In this document: piece after piece, positions 59,485 through 63,412 of the stretch
Numbering within the stretch: position 1 is the stretch's first letter
How the letters are laid out: each line of letters begins with the position of its first letter
DNA from: Candidatus Aenigmatarchaeota archaeon
GTDB lineage: Archaea > EX4484-52
DNA: 63,412 bases
Reading direction: 5' to 3'
Assembly: GCA_023137195.1 (NCBI GenBank)
Contig: JAGLPV010000044.1
Location: forward strand, 1 to 63,412
The notes under the pieces: model-generated
Told to the model about the DNA's origin: nothing
Seen by the model: only the letters and a program-made list of their open reading frames with translations
Database searches by the model: none
Translations under genes and position numbers: made by a program

Positions 59485-60728
59485 ATTATTGTTTCTTCTC
59501 TTTTTGGTCCAACCGAGATAATCTCTATTGGAACTTTTAACTGTTTTTCTATAAAATTAACATACACCTGGACCTTTTCAGGCAGTTCCTCTCTTTTTTT
59601 TATTTTGCTCAGGTCAACATCTTCAAAGCCGTCAAATTCCTGATATATTGGTTCTGCATGTTTTAGTTCTTCTAAATTATCAGGGAAAATATCTGTGGTT
59701 TTGTTGTTTATTTTGTAGTGAGTGCATATTTTTATTTTCTTTAAGCCTGAGAGGACATCGAGTTTTGTGAGTACGAGAGAGTCTGCAGAATTGAGTAAGA
59801 CTGCCCTTCTCATTAGAGGTAGGTCAAACCACCCGCATCTTCTTGGTCTTCCTGTTGTTGTGCCGTATTCTACGCCGACCTTCAAGAAATGTTCCCCGTC
59901 ATTATCAAATAATTCTGTCGGGAAATAACCTTCGCCGACTCTGGTTACGTATGCTTTTGTGATTCCTGTTATCTTCATATCTTTTGGGAAAAAACCGCAT
60001 CCACAGCAAAGGGCTCCGCTTAATGTGTTTGAGGAAGTGACAAATGGATATGTCCCATGGTCAACATCTAAGAAACATCCCTGGGCTCCTTCAAAAAGTA
60101 TTTCTTTGTTTTCTTTTATCTTTTCGTCTAAATATACTCCTGTATCGCAGACATATTTTTCCAGGAACTTTCCATATCCGGAATACTCCCTGAAAATATT
60201 TTCTGCATATTCTTCAATATCATCGTATTTGATTAATTTTGCTTTTGAAGATAAATTTTCTTTTATTTTTTTCATCAATGTCTTTTCATCAATAAGATCA
60301 TACATCCTTATTGCATTGCTCCTGTTGACTTTATCAGAAAAGCATGGTCCGATTCCTCTCTTTGTTGTGCCTATCTTTTTTTGCCTTTCCTCTTCCTGCA
60401 ATCCATCCAGTTCTATGTGATAAGGCATGATTACATTCGCCCTTCCGCTGATGCGCAGGCGGACTTGATCAAACATTTTTATTTCATCTATAAGAATTTT
60501 TGGGTTTAGGACACAGCCGTTTGCTATGATTAAATCCTTGCCGTAAACTGAGCCGGAAGGAATCAAATGAAGTTTGTATTTTTTTGAATTGGCTACAATC
60601 GTGTGACCTGCATTATCTCCGCCATTGTATCTTATAACAACATCTGCATCGTTGGAAAAAAAATCAACTATCTTGCCTTTTCCTTCATCCCCGAACTGCA
60701 TTCCTACGATAGTTCTGATATTATTCAT
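59478..60728 (-). CDS. purA: Adenylosuccinate synthetase
   Basis: GDEGKGK, GGDNAGHT, IGTTKRGIGP, EGAQG, GTTTGRPRRCGW. Confidence 0.97.
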   Translation of the reverse strand: MNNIRTIVGMQFGDEGKGKIVDFFSNDADVVIRYNGGDNAGHTIVANSKKYKLHLIPSGSVYGKDLIIANGCVLNPKILIDEIKMFDQVRLRISGRANVIMPYHIELDGLQEEERQKKIGTTKRGIGPCFSDKVNRSNAIRMYDLIDEKTLMKKIKENLSSKAKLIKYDDIEEYAENIFREYSGYGKFLEKYVCDTGVYLDEKIKENKEILFEGAQGCFLDVDHGTYPFVTSSNTLSGALCCGCGFFPKDMKITGITKAYVTRVGEGYFPTELFDNDGEHFLKVGVEYGTTTGRPRRCGWFDLPLMRRAVLLNSADSLVLTKLDVLSGLKKIKICTHYKINNKTTDIFPDNLEELKHAEPIYQEFDGFEDVDLSKIKKREELPEKVQVYVNFIEKQLKVPIEIISVGPKREETIIC

Positions 60729-60769
60729 AACCGTTCTATTAAATAGGAGCAGTAATTATATAAATATAT

Positions 60770-61663
60770 CTATACCTGTGCCGGAGCTATTCCTCTCTCA
60801 ATCAAGATAAAACCGCCTGCAGACATAGGGAGGACAAGGATTATTATAATCAACTGCATTGTTATTATCATCTCGTTATCCATTCCACCAATGACGCTGA
60901 ATATTACGGATAGAACAATGATGAAGATAGAACCTACAATTACTGCAGTAAGGTATAGTTCTGTCAGAAGCATTATTTGACCTTCGTATTTTGTCAGTCT
61001 TATCTTATAGGAATTCATTGCTTCGGCAGTTGCTTCTTCCAGGAATTGTTTTAAATTTCCGCCGGAATCTATAGTTGATTTCATTCCCCATAGGATATTT
61101 CGGAATGTTTTTGATGGAGTGCGCTCTGCTGCATGAACAAGAGCATCATTAAAATTAATGTCCATCAATTCAACTTCTTCTACTATTTTTTTTGCCTCGA
61201 TAGAGACTTCTCCATACTCATCAAATTTGGCTATTGTTTTGAATAGGGAAACAGAAGGGTTTTGAGACCCTGCCATTATGGACAGGTATGACAGTGCGAA
61301 GGGAAGGACATCTTCTATTTTCTTGTTTCTTTCACCCCTCATCATATTAGGAATGTATAAAAGGCTGAATGAGATAAGGAATGAACTGAATAATGCCCCG
61401 AATACGCTCAAGAACAATGCGAAAAAAATATCCTGGGTGACAAGGTAAATAAAAATGCTCAAAAAAGGCGTTCCAATAACAAAGCAGACTATCCCTGCTG
61501 TTACAACAAGGCATAGGAATTCTGCCAATGTCATACCTATATTGGAAATCTGGATATCCTCTTTTAGCTTTTTAAATTCTTTTTTCTCTGAGACATAATC
61601 TTCTATGTATTTGCCAAAAAGACTATATGCGAAAGTAATTATCTGTTCCTTGAAATCTGCCAT
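60770..61663 (-). CDS. Type II secretion system F / TadC-like pilus membrane protein
   Basis: IEDVLPFALSY, EYGEVS.E, A.RTPS..F, SGGNL; TM helices. Confidence 0.88.
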   Translation of the reverse strand: MADFKEQIITFAYSLFGKYIEDYVSEKKEFKKLKEDIQISNIGMTLAEFLCLVVTAGIVCFVIGTPFLSIFIYLVTQDIFFALFLSVFGALFSSFLISFSLLYIPNMMRGERNKKIEDVLPFALSYLSIMAGSQNPSVSLFKTIAKFDEYGEVSIEAKKIVEEVELMDINFNDALVHAAERTPSKTFRNILWGMKSTIDSGGNLKQFLEEATAEAMNSYKIRLTKYEGQIMLLTELYLTAVIVGSIFIIVLSVIFSVIGGMDNEMIITMQLIIIILVLPMSAGGFILIERGIAPAQV

Positions 61664-61666
61664 ATT

Positions 61667-62827
61667 TTAAGCATAATAGTTCAATTGTTTTTTATTGTCC
61701 TGTTTTTTTACCTTTATTACCGCACTGTCCATGTCAGATTTGTTTAATTCAAACCTGTCGTCTCTTATGGCTGAATATCCGGCTTCTATTACAATAGAAT
61801 TTAGTTCAGCACCGCTTAAGTGCTTTGTTTTAGCTGCCAAATCATCTAAAGATACATTGCTATGAAGTTTTGTTTTTTTTGTATGTATTTTCAGTACATG
61901 CAGTCTTTCTTTTTTATTTGGGGGGTTGATTTTAATGAGTCTGTCCAGTCTTCCCGGGCGGATTACTGCTTTGTCCAGTATATCAATCCTGTTTGTTGCT
62001 CCTATTATTTTGACATCTCCCAGTGGTTTGAAGCCGTCTATTTCTGCAAGCATCTGCATGAATGTCCTTTGAACCTCTCGTTCGCCACTCGTTCCCAGTT
62101 CAATTCTCTTTGAGGCTATCGAGTCTATTTCATCAATAAATATTATGCACGGTGATTTATCTCTTGCCATCTGGAATATGGATTTTACGAATTTTGTTCC
62201 TTCGCCGATATATTTCTGGACTAGTTCAGAGCCGACAATCTCTACAAAATTTGCGTTTGTCTCAGATGCTACTGCCTTTGCGAGCAAAGTCTTCCCGCAA
62301 CCGGGCGGACCATAAAGTAAAACTCCCTTTGGGGGGGTTATCCCTATTTTCCTGAATAATTCCGGCTTTAGTAACGGGAGTTCAATCACTTCTTTTAATT
62401 CTCTCTTTTCTTCTTCCAGACCACCGATTTGGTCCCATGAGACATTCGGCTTTTCGAAAATAATGAATCGCTCTACGTCAAAATGCTTTGCCTTTCCTCT
62501 TTTGCCGATTACAGTCAATGATTTTTGCTCGATAAAAACTTCATCGTCTCTTTTTATTTTACCAGTCATCTCATCTGAAATATTTACAAAGAATTTTCCT
62601 GTGTTCAGCATAATGATTGCCTTGTCGTGGTCTATAACGTCAACGACCTTTGCGATTAAGTGGGGCATTATCTTGTATTTTTCTATCTCGTTCTGCGCTT
62701 CGAATAAATTTCTTTTTAACAGCCGGTTTTCTTCAGCTAAAATCTTAATTTTGTATTCTTCTGCCAATTGTTCCTGATTAATTGATTCCTGTCCGGAGTA
62801 TTCAATGTGCTCTGTTTCTGTTTCCAT
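61667..62827 (-). CDS. pan: Proteasome-activating nucleotidase
   Basis: Coiled coil plus OB domain, IGGLEE, GPPGCGKT, IDEID, ATNR, RPGRLDR, C-terminal HbYX motif YYA. Confidence 0.95.
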   Translation of the reverse strand: METETEHIEYSGQESINQEQLAEEYKIKILAEENRLLKRNLFEAQNEIEKYKIMPHLIAKVVDVIDHDKAIIMLNTGKFFVNISDEMTGKIKRDDEVFIEQKSLTVIGKRGKAKHFDVERFIIFEKPNVSWDQIGGLEEEKRELKEVIELPLLKPELFRKIGITPPKGVLLYGPPGCGKTLLAKAVASETNANFVEIVGSELVQKYIGEGTKFVKSIFQMARDKSPCIIFIDEIDSIASKRIELGTSGEREVQRTFMQMLAEIDGFKPLGDVKIIGATNRIDILDKAVIRPGRLDRLIKINPPNKKERLHVLKIHTKKTKLHSNVSLDDLAAKTKHLSGAELNSIVIEAGYSAIRDDRFELNKSDMDSAVIKVKKQDNKKQLNYYA

Positions 62828-62828
62828 A

Positions 62829-63146
62829 TTAGTTGCTCTTTAATTTAGATAATAATAAATCTATTCTTGTGGATTCACCTGATGTGTCAAGTATGATTAA
62901 ATCTCCTTTTTCAAAAGGAATGCGGTGCAATATCTTCTTTTTTGCTTCTTTTACCAATTCAGGACTTGTCTTTATGAGTAGCAGGTATTCTGTTTGTTTT
63001 TCAATAGAACCTATGCTTTGTTTTAGGTATGTTTTTGTTTCTATCACGTCGATATACAAAGCGAGTTTTTTATTTAACAGGAATTCTGCGAGTTTGTCTG
63101 CTTCTTCCTCGTCGTTTGTTTTTGCTAAGATTAGTTTGCAATTCAT
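62829..63146 (-). CDS. cutA: Divalent-cation tolerance protein CutA (divergent)
   Basis: EEEA.KLA..LL.KKLA, E...E..LLIKT, PFE. Confidence 0.7.
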   Translation of the reverse strand: MNCKLILAKTNDEEEADKLAEFLLNKKLALYIDVIETKTYLKQSIGSIEKQTEYLLLIKTSPELVKEAKKKILHRIPFEKGDLIILDTSGESTRIDLLLSKLKSN

Positions 63147-63232
63147 ATTATTAGTTTACTTATATTTATTATTATAAATTTAATTATATAATACTTTGGT
63201 GTCTTTGTGTTTATTATTGTTAGTTTATAGTT

Positions 63233-63263
63233 TTAATCCACAGAACTCACGGAATCCACGGGA
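63233..63263 (+). repeat. Third copy of the 9-nt-period CCACAGA-type repeat
   Basis: ttaatccacagaactcacggaatccacggga resembles 5472-5502. Confidence 0.55.
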
Positions 63264-63412
63264 AATTTTTTTATTGTATAGAAATTATGTAATTGGCGTA
63301 TAATGATTTCTATGCATTAAAAGTAGTGATCGGAGTAAGACTCTTTTATTGTGTATGAACTTATATCTTATGCGGGAGTTTAGATACTTTAACTTGAGAA
63401 TTCCCCACAGCT

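Noticed and set aside
765-63177. Many 60-190 aa ORFs antisense to or overlapping identified genes
   Set aside because: Shadow ORFs with no motifs, lying within well-supported genes.

Overview
AT-rich archaeal chromosomal window. Archaeal markers include AlaRS, RFC, PAN, an A-type ATP synthase, eS1/eS28/eL24, Taw3 and NreA; the style suggests a DPANN-like lineage, which is an inference. Most of it is housekeeping: amino-acid biosynthesis (leuA, ilvE, hom, lysC), alaS, tRNA-Leu(CAA), an atpHIKECFAB-(carbonic anhydrase)-D operon, ribosomal proteins, pgk, thiC, purA, pan and cutA. Five non-routine parts stand out. (1) An accessory island at about 16.9-22.1 kb: a GHKL-ATPase/PD-(D/E)xK nuclease plus an M.HhaI-like C5 methyltransferase bounded by an integron-cassette-like signature (attC-like hairpin, GTTAGCC...GGCTAAC), then an orphan RelA/SpoT synthetase flanked by a degenerate duplicate of the atpD 3' end. 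(2) Two tandem giant prepilin-signal VWA proteins with closely similar ends and different nested central domains. (3) Three secreted proteins sharing a PEV-type C-terminal sorting tail. (4) A candidate Leu-rich leader peptide with a hairpin upstream of leuA. (5) A beta-carbonic anhydrase inside the ATP synthase operon. No CRISPR array, rRNA, integrase or transposase was seen. All product calls come from motif recognition only, without database searches.
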